Below are positions 18,651 through 28,318 of a stretch of DNA of 60,657 nucleotides, one piece after another. Under the pieces are notes generated by a model, which had not been told where the DNA came from, made no database searches, and was given only the letters and a program-made list of their open reading frames with translations. The translations under genes and the position numbers were made by a program. This DNA is from a virus (Duplodnaviria; Caudoviricetes), in IMG/VR virus record IMGVR_UViG_3300012201_000001, positions 1-60,657 of that record; one strand, 5' to 3'. Positions within the stretch are counted from its first letter, which is position 1. Each line of letters opens with the position of its first letter.

Positions 18651-19111
18651 CAGGCCGCCCTCCTGCGAACTCGGTAGCTTAGGCGACAGGTCCGGCACGA
18701 GCGATAACCGCGCCTGTCGACGTAGGTGTTCGTCTCGTCATAGGGATGCCCGCGGGGGCAATGCGTCCTGCTGAGATAGCGGGCTACGAGGACGTCCGGC
18801 CCCGGGCCACGCAGCACGTTCTCCCGGCGAGTGACGGGCTCTATGTGAAGCGGATTCACGCACCATCGATGTCGGCAGAGATGGTCAGCTTCTCGCCCTG
18901 CAGGGAACGCCCCGATCATCTCCTGATAGAGAACTCGATGAACTAGCTGCAGACTGCAGCCGAAACTGACCGTTGCATAGCCAGCGCTCTGATGGCCGCC
19001 GCTCCATTCCCAGCAGCCGAAGCTTGTCGGGCGGACTCTGGAGAGAATCGAGTCGACCGTGTTTCGAAAACGGCCTACGCGGCGCGCCTCGCTCAGCTCT
19101 GCGATGGGCAT
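18650..19111 (-). CDS. HNH homing endonuclease
   Basis: 'GCWEWSG...GYA...VHRV...DHLCRHRWCVNPLHIEPVTRREN...THCPRGH'. Confidence 0.9.
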   Translation of the reverse strand: MPIAELSEARRVGRFRNTVDSILSRVRPTSFGCWEWSGGHQSAGYATVSFGCSLQLVHRVLYQEMIGAFPAGREADHLCRHRWCVNPLHIEPVTRRENVLRGPGPDVLVARYLSRTHCPRGHPYDETNTYVDRRGYRSCRTCRLSYRVRRRAA

Positions 19112-19179
19112 CGGTCATTCTCCTTTAGTTGTCGTGGTTGTCGTGGACTTTCGCGTTTTCGGCGACGCCCATGGCCGTT

Positions 19180-20325
19180 CTAGCTCTCGACTGATGGTTG
19201 GTATTCCTCCTTCGACATGCCGAATGTCCACGCGACTGCGCTTGCGCAATCCCGCAGGCCTGGATCGACTCTTATCAAATAGTTTTTCCAGGTCCCATCC
19301 GGCTCCTCGGTGCTATTCGTGACCTCGACAGCTACCAACGCCTCATCGTTAGGTTGCTCAACACGTAGCAGGCGGCGTCGCTTGCCGAGTTGGTCCTTGT
19401 CCTCGTGCACGATCTTGGCGTCGACTTCGGCCATGAAGCGATCCACGCCCATACGCTCAAGCATCACTCGGCGGACTTCGACGTTCGGCTCCTCAGTCAC
19501 GTGCTTGGCCGTAATCCAGTCCGGCCGGACGACCACGAAAGCCGGGACCATCACGCCATGCCAGAAATAGAGGTTCTCGATGTCCGACTCAAGGGCCGCG
19601 TACTTCTGGTGATGTAGACGGCGCATCCCGAGACGGTCGTCGCGCTCCACACTCACCTTCGGCTTCGCCACCCAGTAGAGCGTGTCGTCGGTCCAGTAGA
19701 GGAGCCATGCGCCAGCGACAAAGGCCTCAAACAGGGGTTTCGCCCAGCGATCGACCACCGGCTTACCGAGTTGGTCCGCACCGAAATGAGTCGTGACGAT
19801 CCACGACAGGTCCCAGCCGTACCACCACCACACTTGCAAACACCAGGCGGCGAACCTCTGCATCGACTCGCGGGCGTCGCGGGCGTCGAGGGCGTCGCGG
19901 GCGACGAGGGCGGCGCGGGCGACGCGGGCGGCGCGGGCGTCGAGGGCGTCGCGGGCGTCGCGGGCGTCGCGGGCGGCGAGGGCGTCGCGGGCGGCGAGGG
20001 CGGCGCGGGCGACGCGGGCGGCGCGGGCGGCGCGGGCGTCGAGGGCGTCGCGGGCGTCGCGGGCGTCGCGGGCGTCGAGGGCGGCGCGGGCGTCGCGGGC
20101 GGCGCGGGCGGCAGGCGACCGCTTGAACCATTCATCGAGAATGCTGTTCACGCTTCGCAATAGCGCAGGCTCCTCGTGGACCGACCAGCCCGGTCCTAGG
20201 CGTCGAACCTGCCGCTTGATACCCAAGGCGCTCAGGTAGCGAGCCAGGTGCCGCTCTACCCCAGCCTCATTGAGAGAGCTGGGGTAGTCACATGCGGCCT
20301 CGTAACGCTGTCGGTCAGTCGCCAC
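19180..20325 (-). CDS. DUF6745-like protein with internal tripeptide repeat
   Basis: 'LYFWHGV', 'NVEVRRVMLERMG', 'YLIRVDP...AVAWTFG'. Confidence 0.8.
   Translation of the reverse strand: MATDRQRYEAACDYPSSLNEAGVERHLARYLSALGIKRQVRRLGPGWSVHEEPALLRSVNSILDEWFKRSPAARAARDARAALDARDARDARDALDARAARAARVARAALAARDALAARDARDARDALDARAARVARAALVARDALDARDARESMQRFAAWCLQVWWWYGWDLSWIVTTHFGADQLGKPVVDRWAKPLFEAFVAGAWLLYWTDDTLYWVAKPKVSVERDDRLGMRRLHHQKYAALESDIENLYFWHGVMVPAFVVVRPDWITAKHVTEEPNVEVRRVMLERMGVDRFMAEVDAKIVHEDKDQLGKRRRLLRVEQPNDEALVAVEVTNSTEEPDGTWKNYLIRVDPGLRDCASAVAWTFGMSKEEYQPSVES
19867..20109 (-). repeat. In-frame 9-bp tandem repeat, about 27 units
   Basis: GCC C(G/T)C G(A/C/T)C encoding A(R/L)(D/A/V). Confidence 0.92.
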
Positions 20326-20627
20326 TAATCAGCAAGCCGCCTGATCTCTGACGGCGTGTACTCTCGCTGCCGAACGATCCGGTACAAACCCGGCTCGATC
20401 GTCTGCGTCGCATGCTCGGCGTGGCGCAGTTCGGGCGCAGCCATGATTCGGGCGAACACGGATTCTGCCTTCTCGAACAGTTCGACCTTGCCGCCGACCA
20501 GTTCGTGCATATGGCCCGTGACCTCGCCCTCGGCGATGATCACGCGCTTGGGTCGCACGCGCTTTGCGCCTTCGGGAATATCCTCCACCGGGACCAGCAG
20601 GACGTCGCCTTGCCTGTAAATGCTCAT
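20325..20627 (-). CDS. Conserved small partner of DUF6745-type proteins
   Basis: 'YRQGDV...AEGEVTGHMH...HAEH...RQREY'. Confidence 0.8.
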   Translation of the reverse strand: MSIYRQGDVLLVPVEDIPEGAKRVRPKRVIIAEGEVTGHMHELVGGKVELFEKAESVFARIMAAPELRHAEHATQTIEPGLYRIVRQREYTPSEIRRLAD

Positions 20628-20638
20628 CGCTATCTCCT

Positions 20639-20953
20639 TCACGCTTGAATCCGGGTCGTCATTTCGAGTCTCGTTAGCGTCTCGCCGCCGCGATGCTTGA
20701 GTACCTTCGACCTCTTCGCCGTCGACTTGCGCGGCCGTCCGACCGGGCGCTCGAGCAGGCGGAACGACTCCACGTGGTCGCGCCTGAACAGCCACATGCG
20801 GCCGACCTTGCGGCCGGGCAGCCGCTTGGCGCGGAGCGCGCGCCGGGCGGCTGCCCGGTCGGCCCGGTCCACCTCCAGCGCCAGCTTGGCGACCTGCGAC
20901 TGCTGCAGCCGGAGCAGCGCCGCGACCTCGGCCGTGGTCATCTCTGAGCTCAC
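20639..20953 (-). CDS. Excisionase-like HTH DNA-binding protein
   Basis: 'MTTAEVAALL...LPGRKVGRMWLFRR...GRPRK'; GGAGG RBS; TATAAT upstream at 21015-21020. Confidence 0.7.
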   Translation of the reverse strand: MSSEMTTAEVAALLRLQQSQVAKLALEVDRADRAAARRALRAKRLPGRKVGRMWLFRRDHVESFRLLERPVGRPRKSTAKRSKVLKHRGGETLTRLEMTTRIQA

Positions 20954-21015
20954 CGGTTCACCTCCTCGGTCCTCGTGGTTAAACGCCCCGGAAACCCTCG
21001 CGCCGGACCGACGGA

Positions 21016-22412
21016 TTATAGGTGAACGCGGGGCCCGTGGGCGAGCTCTTTCTCCTCCACCGCGCGGTAGAACCGGGCGGGGTTGGGGAGAACCTGTTCC
21101 ACGCTCTGTTTCAAACCCAGCCCGTCCTGGAACGCGACCTTGGCGCGGTCCACGACGCGGTCGGGGAGGCGGCCGCGGAACGCCTCTCGGAGGACCGCCT
21201 TCGACCGCCCTCCGCGCTCCACGACGTCGCGCGGCAGCGAGAGCGCCAGCTCCACCAGCGGCCGGTGCAGGAAGGGGAGGCGGCACTCCACCCCGCTCGC
21301 CATGAAGACCTTGGTTGCAGCGGGCGAAGTTCTTGCGCGCCTGGTCCAGCACCAGGTCGCGGCGGTAGGGGTGCCAGCCCTTCTGCCGGACCCCGTGGTA
21401 GGCGAACCCGTACGAGGCCCACAGCTCGTCCGAGCCCTCGCCGCTGAACACGACCTTGAACCCGTCCTCGCACATCCGGCGCGCCAGCAGAAGGCACGGC
21501 CAGCCGATCTCGACCTGAGCCTTGTGCGACATCTCGATCACGCGCACCACCTCGGCCAGATCCTCTGGCGTCGGCGTCGGGACCTCGACCTCGCGCAGCT
21601 CGAGCCCCAGCTCGGCCGCCACCAGGCGCGCGCTCCGGAGGTCCTGCGAGCGCGGATCGTGGACCGCCGCGTAGCAGACCAGGCCCGGCATCTGCCTCGA
21701 CGCCAGGAGCGCGATGGCGGAGGAGTCCAGCCCCCCGGAGAGGAGCGAGCAGACGGGCACGTCGCTGATCAGGCGCTCCACCACCCCGGCCTCCAGCAGC
21801 TCGCCCACGCGCGCGGCCGCGGCCTCGAAGCTGATGCGCGGGTCGGGGGCGATGGGCGGCTCGTACCAGCGATGGCGCGTCGCCGGCCCCGTCCGGCGTC
21901 ATCGTCCAGCGTTCCCCCGGCCCCACGTCGACGACCTGGTCGACGCCGAGCGCGGCCAGGCCCTTGCGCTCCGACGCGAAGCAGCCTCGGCCGGCGCAGA
22001 GCGGGACCTCCCCGAAGCGGTCCCGCGCCAGGTAGAGCACGCTCCCGTCGCGCGACCAGGCGACCGCGAACATCCCCTCCAGCCGCGGCAGCGCGTCCGC
22101 TCCCCACTCGTCCAGCGCGGTCGCCAGGACCTCGGTGTCCCCAGTGGTCGTGAACTTCCGCCCCCGGCGCTCAAGGTCTCGCCGGACGCGGGCGTGGTTC
22201 CAGATCTCCCCGTTGAACACGATCCCCGTCCGCCCGCGGCGCATCGGCTGGTTGGAGCGCGCGTCCGGGTCCAGGATCGCCAGCCGGGTGTGCCCCAGCG
22301 TCAGGTCGCCGAGGACGGTCAGCCCGCGCGCGTCCGGACCCCGGTGGGCGAGCGCGTCCACCGCCTCGCCGAAGCGATCCGGGAGGCCGTAGGAGCCCAC
22401 GATCCCGCACAC
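21016..22412 (-). pseudogene. asnB: Asparagine synthetase B-like amidotransferase, interrupted by two +1 frameshifts
   Basis: 'MCGI...HRGPD...GHTRLAI...NGEIWN', 'LLSGGLDSS', 'SGEGSDE', 'VECRLPFL' lie in three frames; extra bases near 21888 and 21313. Confidence 0.8.
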
Positions 22413-22468
22413 GCGGCTGAATCCTACCCGTGGCGCGTCCGTGGCGCAGAAAGGGCCTCCGAGGGCAC

Positions 22469-22507
22469 AAAAAAAGGACCCCGCGGGCAGCGTGCCCGCG
22501 GGGATCC
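22469..22507 (-). terminator. Rho-independent terminator
   Basis: CCCCGCGGGCA/TGCCCGCGGGG stem followed by a T7 tract on the minus strand. Confidence 0.8.
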
Positions 22508-22838
22508 ACCGCCGAACCGTTCCGAAGTCTAGCCGCGCTGCACGGCCTCGTCGACGCCGACCTCTCCGTTGCTGAGCGCGTCGACCGCCTCGATGATGGC
22601 GGCCACGCTCAGCTGCAGCGCGTTGGCGATCGTGGCGACCTTGTCGGCGTCCGAGCAGTTCGGCTCCGGCAGGTCGTTCAAAAGGTCCTGAGCCTCCTCC
22701 GCCCAGCGCTTCGCGCGCTGGAGCTCGGGCCTCATCGGAACAGCCCCAGCAGGACGCCGAAGCTGATCGCCAGCCCGACCATCGCCAGCGCCAGCCCGGC
22801 GCAGCCGAGCATCAGCGGAAAGAGGAGCGCGTGGCGGT

Positions 22839-23450
22839 TCATCGGGCGTCACCGGCCAGGGCGAACGTCATCACCTGAGCGATGGGTCCGTTCTCGTCGC
22901 TCCAGGAGTTCCCCAGCCAGAGGTGCGGGAACGCGTCGCCGTTGTGGGGGTAGCAGAGCTTGTCGACGTGAACCGTGCCGTCGCCAGGCTGGACGCTGAT
23001 CGACGGCTGGCCGCGACCCGCCGCCGAGGAGATGACGATCCCCGAGGCCCGGGCCGTGCTCGGCTGCTTCGTGCTGGCCTTCACGGTGTCGATGCAGAAG
23101 CTCGAGAAAGGGAGCCGCGGCGGTGTGAGCTGGAAGGCGGCGCCGCCCCCCGGGACTCCAACGCACACGGGAGCGGTCTGGTCCGCGCCGTTCGGGCAGC
23201 CTGCTCCGGCGAGCAGGACGAAGCGACCTGTCTGCGGGTCGAGGAACAGGTCCCATTTGACGTAGACCTGCACCTCGTGCTGGCTCATCACGCCGCCCCA
23301 TGACAGCGTCTCCTGCGGGAAGCTCACGGCGGGGATCTCCCGTCCGGGGAGGACAGGATCTGGAACCGCGGCCTGGGATGACGGTGCCAGGAGCAATGTC
23401 ATAGCGGCGAGGGTGAACGAGGTGATCCGGCTCATCGGGTTTTCCTCCAA
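22839..23450 (-). CDS. Putative secreted protein
   Basis: Signal-peptide-like 'MSRITSFTLAAMTLLLAPSSQAA'. Confidence 0.6.
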   Translation of the reverse strand: MEENPMSRITSFTLAAMTLLLAPSSQAAVPDPVLPGREIPAVSFPQETLSWGGVMSQHEVQVYVKWDLFLDPQTGRFVLLAGAGCPNGADQTAPVCVGVPGGGAAFQLTPPRLPFSSFCIDTVKASTKQPSTARASGIVISSAAGRGQPSISVQPGDGTVHVDKLCYPHNGDAFPHLWLGNSWSDENGPIAQVMTFALAGDAR

Positions 23451-23502
23451 ATGGATGAACGGCGGGCGCGTGGTTGCGCCCGCCCCGTGTCGTCGTGGTT
23501 TC

Positions 23503-24582
23503 TTAGAACTTGACCTTCTCCAGGATCCGCCCCGCTGCCCGGTCGAGCTTGGTCCGCTCGTCCGCGAAGGGGATCGTCTGCGAGTGCCGCGTGAGGCCCT
23601 GGACCATGCCCCACACGCTCCGCGGGTCGCCGTCCTGCGCGGCGTTGACCGCGTCGAAGCCGAGCCCCAGCGTCTTCCGCGGGATGTTCAGCGCCCGGAT
23701 CCCGAACAGCTTGTCGAGCACGCCCTCCTTGGTGTCCGCGATCAGCGTCACCTGCGCCCGCTTGATGATCGCCTCCACCTCGGACGCGGACTCGTTCTCG
23801 TACGCCTTGAGCGCGACCTCCCAGCGGTCGACCCGCTCCTGGAGGTTGCCGACGTGGATCACCTTCAGCTCCAGCACGTCGCTGGCGCCCCAGATGATGT
23901 GGTTGCCGCACATCTGGTTGTAGAGGAACCGGGTCAGCTTGAGCGCCCCCGCGCCGACCTCGCTGTTCTCCGCGATCACCCCGCGCCAGGTCGGGGCCTC
24001 CCCGTCGGGGTTGACGTCGAGCGAGGCGTTCTGCGAGCGGAGCATCGCGAACATGTCGTGATCGGACGCGTACAGCGCCGGCCAGTCGCCCATGCTCGCC
24101 CGGACGTCCGGACGCGCGGGCTCCCAGCCGAGCTGCGCCAGGTTGAGCAGCCGCTCCGCGACCTCGTGGTTCCAGATCCGGCTGTAGCGGTCGCTCGTGA
24201 CCGCGCGGACCAGGTAGGTCCCGTTGCGGTGCAGGAGCAGCGACGCCTGCGTGCTCGGGTTCTGGTCCCTGGAGTCGAGCCCGTGGTTGAGGTTCTGCGC
24301 CGCCAGCTCGACCGGCAGCTTCGCCAGGTAGTCGGACGGCGCGCCCACGCGCGCGCAGAGCTGCTTCATCGCCCAGTTGGTGAGGGTCGCCTGGTCGCCC
24401 TCGTCGCCGCGGAGCATCAACTCCTCGCCGGAGGGGATGACGCGGAGGTCCGCCCAGTCGACGTCGGCCTCGACCGCCGTCCCCGCGTAGCCGCGTGTCG
24501 CCGCGTAGAGGTCCTCCAGGCTGGCGAAGCGCTCGTCAGCCGGTCGGGTGGCCCACTGTTTGTGCGCCTTGAAAAGTTCCAT
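23503..24582 (-). CDS. DUF932-like protein
   Basis: 'QWATRPADERF', 'RAVTSDRYSRIWN', 'LYASDHDMF', 'NSEVG', 'CGNHIIWG'. Confidence 0.8.
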   Translation of the reverse strand: MELFKAHKQWATRPADERFASLEDLYAATRGYAGTAVEADVDWADLRVIPSGEELMLRGDEGDQATLTNWAMKQLCARVGAPSDYLAKLPVELAAQNLNHGLDSRDQNPSTQASLLLHRNGTYLVRAVTSDRYSRIWNHEVAERLLNLAQLGWEPARPDVRASMGDWPALYASDHDMFAMLRSQNASLDVNPDGEAPTWRGVIAENSEVGAGALKLTRFLYNQMCGNHIIWGASDVLELKVIHVGNLQERVDRWEVALKAYENESASEVEAIIKRAQVTLIADTKEGVLDKLFGIRALNIPRKTLGLGFDAVNAAQDGDPRSVWGMVQGLTRHSQTIPFADERTKLDRAAGRILEKVKF

Positions 24583-24794
24583 CGTCGTGGGTCTCCTGGA
24601 AATGGCCGGAGCGGGTTACTCCGACCTCGGGTTATCTTCGTCTGGGAGCGCCGCCAAACGGAGCGGCGCCGCGGGGTCTTCTTCGTCGACCGTGTGGCTG
24701 TGCCGCTCACAGACCGGGAGCCAGCCGTGACCGTAGCGGTCGAAGCGCAGGGCGACCGCGACCTCATCGCAGCCGCCCCAGTCGCAGGTCCCGC

Positions 24795-25463
24795 TCACTT
24801 CGCGGGCGTCGCCTTGACGGTGAGGCCCTCCGCCTTGGCCGCGCGCTCCGCCTGTGCCGCGGTCTCGAACACGCCCTTGAGCACGCGGTTCAGCTTGCCC
24901 ATGACGATCACGTGGAAGCCGCCGCGGGAGGCGGTCGCGACCTTCACGCCCTCCTTCTTGCCCTCCGCGTAGTGGTCCGTGCGCGGGTGCTCGCCGTTCG
25001 GCTTGCCCGGCTGCTGCTTGATCGCCTTCGCGATCAGATCCCCGGCGCCGGGGATGATCGCGTTGGCGCGGGCGCGGCTCCGCGCCTTGCCCGGCAGCTT
25101 GACCTTCGCCGCCGCCTGGCCGCGCATCGCCGTCTTGACGCGCTCCTGCTTCTCGGCGCGCTTCGACTTCTTCTCCCGGTGGAGCTGCGCCGCCTTGGTG
25201 AACGGCTGAACGTCCTGCTGCTGCTGGCTCGTCGTGGGTGTGTCGCTCATCTCTGCGCTGCCCTCCTCGGACGTGTCGGCCTCTCGGGCTTCGGCCTCTG
25301 CCTGGCGCTCGCGCGCCTCCTCCTGTTGTCGCCTGCGCTCGCGGTGCACGTCGACCAGGGCCGCGCGCTCCGCCGCGTCCTGCGCCTGGCGCGCCTCGAT
25401 CTCCGCCCACGCAGCGTCGATCTCCGGCTGTACCTTGGCGCGGATCCGCTCTCGCTCCGTCAT
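24795..25463 (-). CDS. Hypothetical basic/charged protein
   Basis: 222 aa with AGGAGG RBS; may have an internal start near 25250. Confidence 0.55.
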   Translation of the reverse strand: MTERERIRAKVQPEIDAAWAEIEARQAQDAAERAALVDVHRERRRQQEEARERQAEAEAREADTSEEGSAEMSDTPTTSQQQQDVQPFTKAAQLHREKKSKRAEKQERVKTAMRGQAAAKVKLPGKARSRARANAIIPGAGDLIAKAIKQQPGKPNGEHPRTDHYAEGKKEGVKVATASRGGFHVIVMGKLNRVLKGVFETAAQAERAAKAEGLTVKATPAK

Positions 25464-26024
25464 CGAACATTTCCTCCTGCGTTTCCGTCTGTCGTGGTTT
25501 ACGTCGTTCTGCGCCGACCGCGCCGACCTGCATGGTCATGCCCCGTGGTGTCCGATGTGACTCGGTTCTCGTAGAGGTCCTGCCCGCTCGCCGTCAGCCG
25601 TGCCCCCGCTCCGTCGCGCGTCAGCTCTCCGCTGCTCGGGGGTCGTCTCTCCTGGCGGGTCATCGCGTTGTGGACCTGCGCCGTGGGGTGGTCGGTCTGC
25701 CTCGATCTTCGCGTCCTCCCGGTTTCTGAGCGCGCCGCCTGACCGGGAGGGCCGATGCCCGTTCCCCGCCGTGCGCCCTGTGCAGTTGCCCCCCCCCGCT
25801 GCGGGGCTCTCGCCTCTCGGACCGCCGATCTTGGGTTTGTGAACCGGTGCGTTGCCGCGCTGACCATTGTAGGGTGAAACCAGCGTGTCAACGCGCCCAT
25901 ATAAGGGGAAGGACGGGACGGAAGGAAAAGCGGAGGCCAGGCGACCCGACGACGCCCGGCCTCTGCAACCACGACGACCGGAGGAAGCCGGTCGGCGAAC
26001 CTGAATTCTAGCCCTTCCGCCTCC

Positions 26025-26537
26025 TCAGCTCGCCCCGGCGGCGTAGGCGGGCCAGGGGCCCAGCCAGCTGGCGATGAACTCGGCCTGGACCTGGCGCAGG
26101 GGCCGACCGTCGGTGCACACGGCCCGCTTGGCCGCGTTCTCCGCGGTGTCCTTGGCGGCGTGCGCCTTCTCCGGGGTCAGGTTCAGCATGTCGTCCGGGT
26201 GGCCGCCCAGCTCCAGCGGGAGGCGGTGGTCCTCCTCGTAGTCGGCCGGGTTGGTGTCCGGCAGGGCGAGCGCGATGATCTGCGACTCCTTCACCGAGCT
26301 CGTGTACGAGCTGGGCGGGCGGATCGTCGCCGTCCAGCCCACCACGCAAATCGTCTGCCGGATGGTGTCCGGGCGAACATCGGGGTTGAGGACGCAGTAG
26401 GTAATTTCACCTACATGGCAAGGGTCGGTTGCAACTGCGGCTGTAGGTGAAGGAGAGGGAGAAGGCGGTGCTGGCGCAGCTAACCCGCCGCAAGCGGCGA
26501 GCACCAGCACCGCGAGAGGAAAGAAGTTAGCCTTCAA
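26025..26537 (-). CDS. Lipoprotein with HNH-like nuclease motif
   Basis: Lipobox-like 'VLAAC', Pro linker, 'TICVVGWTATIRP', 'YEEDHRLPLELGG'. Confidence 0.7.
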   Translation of the reverse strand: MKANFFPLAVLVLAACGGLAAPAPPSPSPSPTAAVATDPCHVGEITYCVLNPDVRPDTIRQTICVVGWTATIRPPSSYTSSVKESQIIALALPDTNPADYEEDHRLPLELGGHPDDMLNLTPEKAHAAKDTAENAAKRAVCTDGRPLRQVQAEFIASWLGPWPAYAAGAS

Positions 26538-26842
26538 GGCTCCAGCACTCCATCGCGCAGCCAACCGTGCCACTGCTCGTTGTTGACGTTGAGGCTGGGA
26601 CTAACAGTGATCAGTGGAGGCTTGCCTGTGCGATCCCATTTGCCGTGCGGTGGTTCCGTCTCCGGGCAATCGAGGCAGATCAAGCCAGCCGGTGTCATCA
26701 CCCCAAGATGCGGGAAGGGCCGAGGCGATGTGTCGTAATCCTCCACCTCGTGCATGCGCCACACCATCGCCCCCACCTTAGCCCCGCCTTCAGGGAACCA
26801 GCAATCGCCTACCGACTCGACCATGAAACAGGCATGGCCCAA
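26534..26842 (-). CDS. DUF6527-like hypothetical protein
   Basis: 'W.RTG...ITVSPSL...WHGWLRDG'. Confidence 0.6.
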   Translation of the reverse strand: MGHACFMVESVGDCWFPEGGAKVGAMVWRMHEVEDYDTSPRPFPHLGVMTPAGLICLDCPETEPPHGKWDRTGKPPLITVSPSLNVNNEQWHGWLRDGVLEP

Positions 26843-26851
26843 GGAACAGAC

Positions 26852-27343
26852 TTAACCCGCGTGACTATATCCGGCCTGACCGCCGAACTGGCCACCGAAA
26901 GGACCGGTGACGTAGGTGTAGGAACCGTTCCAGTTGTCGCTCCACATGTCGGCAGCGTTGCCGGCACCGATCCTCGTGTCGCAGACGTAGACGTTGTTGC
27001 TGGCAGGCAAGCAGGTGACTCCCCACGAAGCTTGTCCATACCAGGCAGCGCGACCTTGCAGCGTGGCACTGCCCATGTAGAAGCCGTCGGTGGTCCAGAC
27101 GATGGTTCGGCCGAAAGCCTGGCCGGTGCAGTCGTTGCCGACGACCACGTTCTGAAAGCTGACGTAGGCATATCGCCCGGTGGCGTAGTTCCAGTAGCTC
27201 TGGTCGACCCGGTTGCCATACTTGGCGTAGTACCAACCGCTGCAGGCGGCTTGAACCGGTGAGGGAGCAGCCGCGGACCTAACTGTCACGGCCCCCACAG
27301 CGAGCAGGACCGCGATTGCAAAGACGGCCAGCCAACGCTTCAT
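26852..27343 (-). CDS. Putative secreted protein
   Basis: Signal peptide 'MKRWLAVFAIAVLLAVG', aromatic/Cys-rich, lower GC. Confidence 0.65.
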   Translation of the reverse strand: MKRWLAVFAIAVLLAVGAVTVRSAAAPSPVQAACSGWYYAKYGNRVDQSYWNYATGRYAYVSFQNVVVGNDCTGQAFGRTIVWTTDGFYMGSATLQGRAAWYGQASWGVTCLPASNNVYVCDTRIGAGNAADMWSDNWNGSYTYVTGPFGGQFGGQAGYSHAG

Positions 27344-28179
27344 GACCCGAGCGCCTTCCGCAGCCACGCGACCAAGCTCCGCAGCCAGGGCCACACGTCC
27401 TCGGGAGGAGCTGGCGGGCTGGGCTCCGGAGTGGGCGTGACCGTTGGCGGGGGCAGCGCTGGCTCCACGGTCGTCATCGGCGGAGGCGGCGGCGTCGCGG
27501 GGACCGGAGCGGGCAGGGTGACCGCCTCGGGCACCGCCGGCGGGTGGGCCAGGGCGTAGGTCCGCGCGTAGAGCACGACCCCGAGCGCGGCCTTGATCTC
27601 GTCCCAGCTGTAGATCGCCGCCAGGTGGAGCAGCTCGGTGTCCGTCCAGGTCCGGCCGCTCAGCTTGGCCCCCGCCCGGTTGATGATCCAGTCGACGTCG
27701 AGCGCGTCCGGACATGCCGTCGACGCCCCCTGGCACTCCCGATGCCCGAGCACGCCCCCGCCGTCGGCGCGGTGGGCGAGCGGGATCTTGCGCCTGCGGC
27801 TGACGTCGGCCACCAGCTCCGCCGACGCCTCGTAGAGCGCGATCGTGCGCGGACCGTCGAAGTCGCCGTCGTCCTCGTGCTCGATCGTGATCGAGTCCAG
27901 GTTCGAGCCCGGGTTGACGTCATAGGTGCCGTTGGTCCAGGCCGCGTCCTTCTCGGCCACGTACTGGATCACGCGCCCGTCCAGGCAGACCCCGTAGTGC
28001 GAGCTCGCCTGCTGCGCCGGGTTCATGAACCGAGCCCGCGCCGCGCTCTCCGCCCCCACCATGGTGTGGAGCACGATCCAGGTGTTCGGGTCGTCGGCGG
28101 TCCAGGTCGGGTTGTGGCCGTCTCGGTTCGCCGAGTAGTTCGGGCTCGGCACCCACGTCGCCTTGGCGTAGTCGGTCAT
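27340..28179 (-). CDS. Endolysin, N-acetylmuramoyl-L-alanine amidase (Amidase_2)
   Basis: 'SPNYS', 'IVLHT', 'ASSHYGV', 'AWTNG', 'SITIEHE', 'GHRE', 'TACP'. Confidence 0.9.
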   Translation of the reverse strand: MTDYAKATWVPSPNYSANRDGHNPTWTADDPNTWIVLHTMVGAESAARARFMNPAQQASSHYGVCLDGRVIQYVAEKDAAWTNGTYDVNPGSNLDSITIEHEDDGDFDGPRTIALYEASAELVADVSRRRKIPLAHRADGGGVLGHRECQGASTACPDALDVDWIINRAGAKLSGRTWTDTELLHLAAIYSWDEIKAALGVVLYARTYALAHPPAVPEAVTLPAPVPATPPPPPMTTVEPALPPPTVTPTPEPSPPAPPEDVWPWLRSLVAWLRKALGS

Positions 28180-28318
28180 GACCCGTCCTCGTGCTCGCCC
28201 TGGCCCTGCTCCCTTTCCTTCTCGGCGCGCAAGCGCGCCTCCTCGAGCCGGGGGTGGTCGTCGGGCAGGCCGGAGGGGTTCTCGTGCCGGTCGTCCGGCA
28301 CCTGCTCGGGAGCCACCC

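Noticed and set aside
19867-20109. DGR variable region or guide array
   Set aside because: No reverse transcriptase or template repeat is present, and the repeat is in-frame coding sequence.
25866-25891. Sigma70 promoter TTGACA...TACAAT on the minus strand
   Set aside because: The spacer is only 14 nt; plausible location but non-canonical, so not called.
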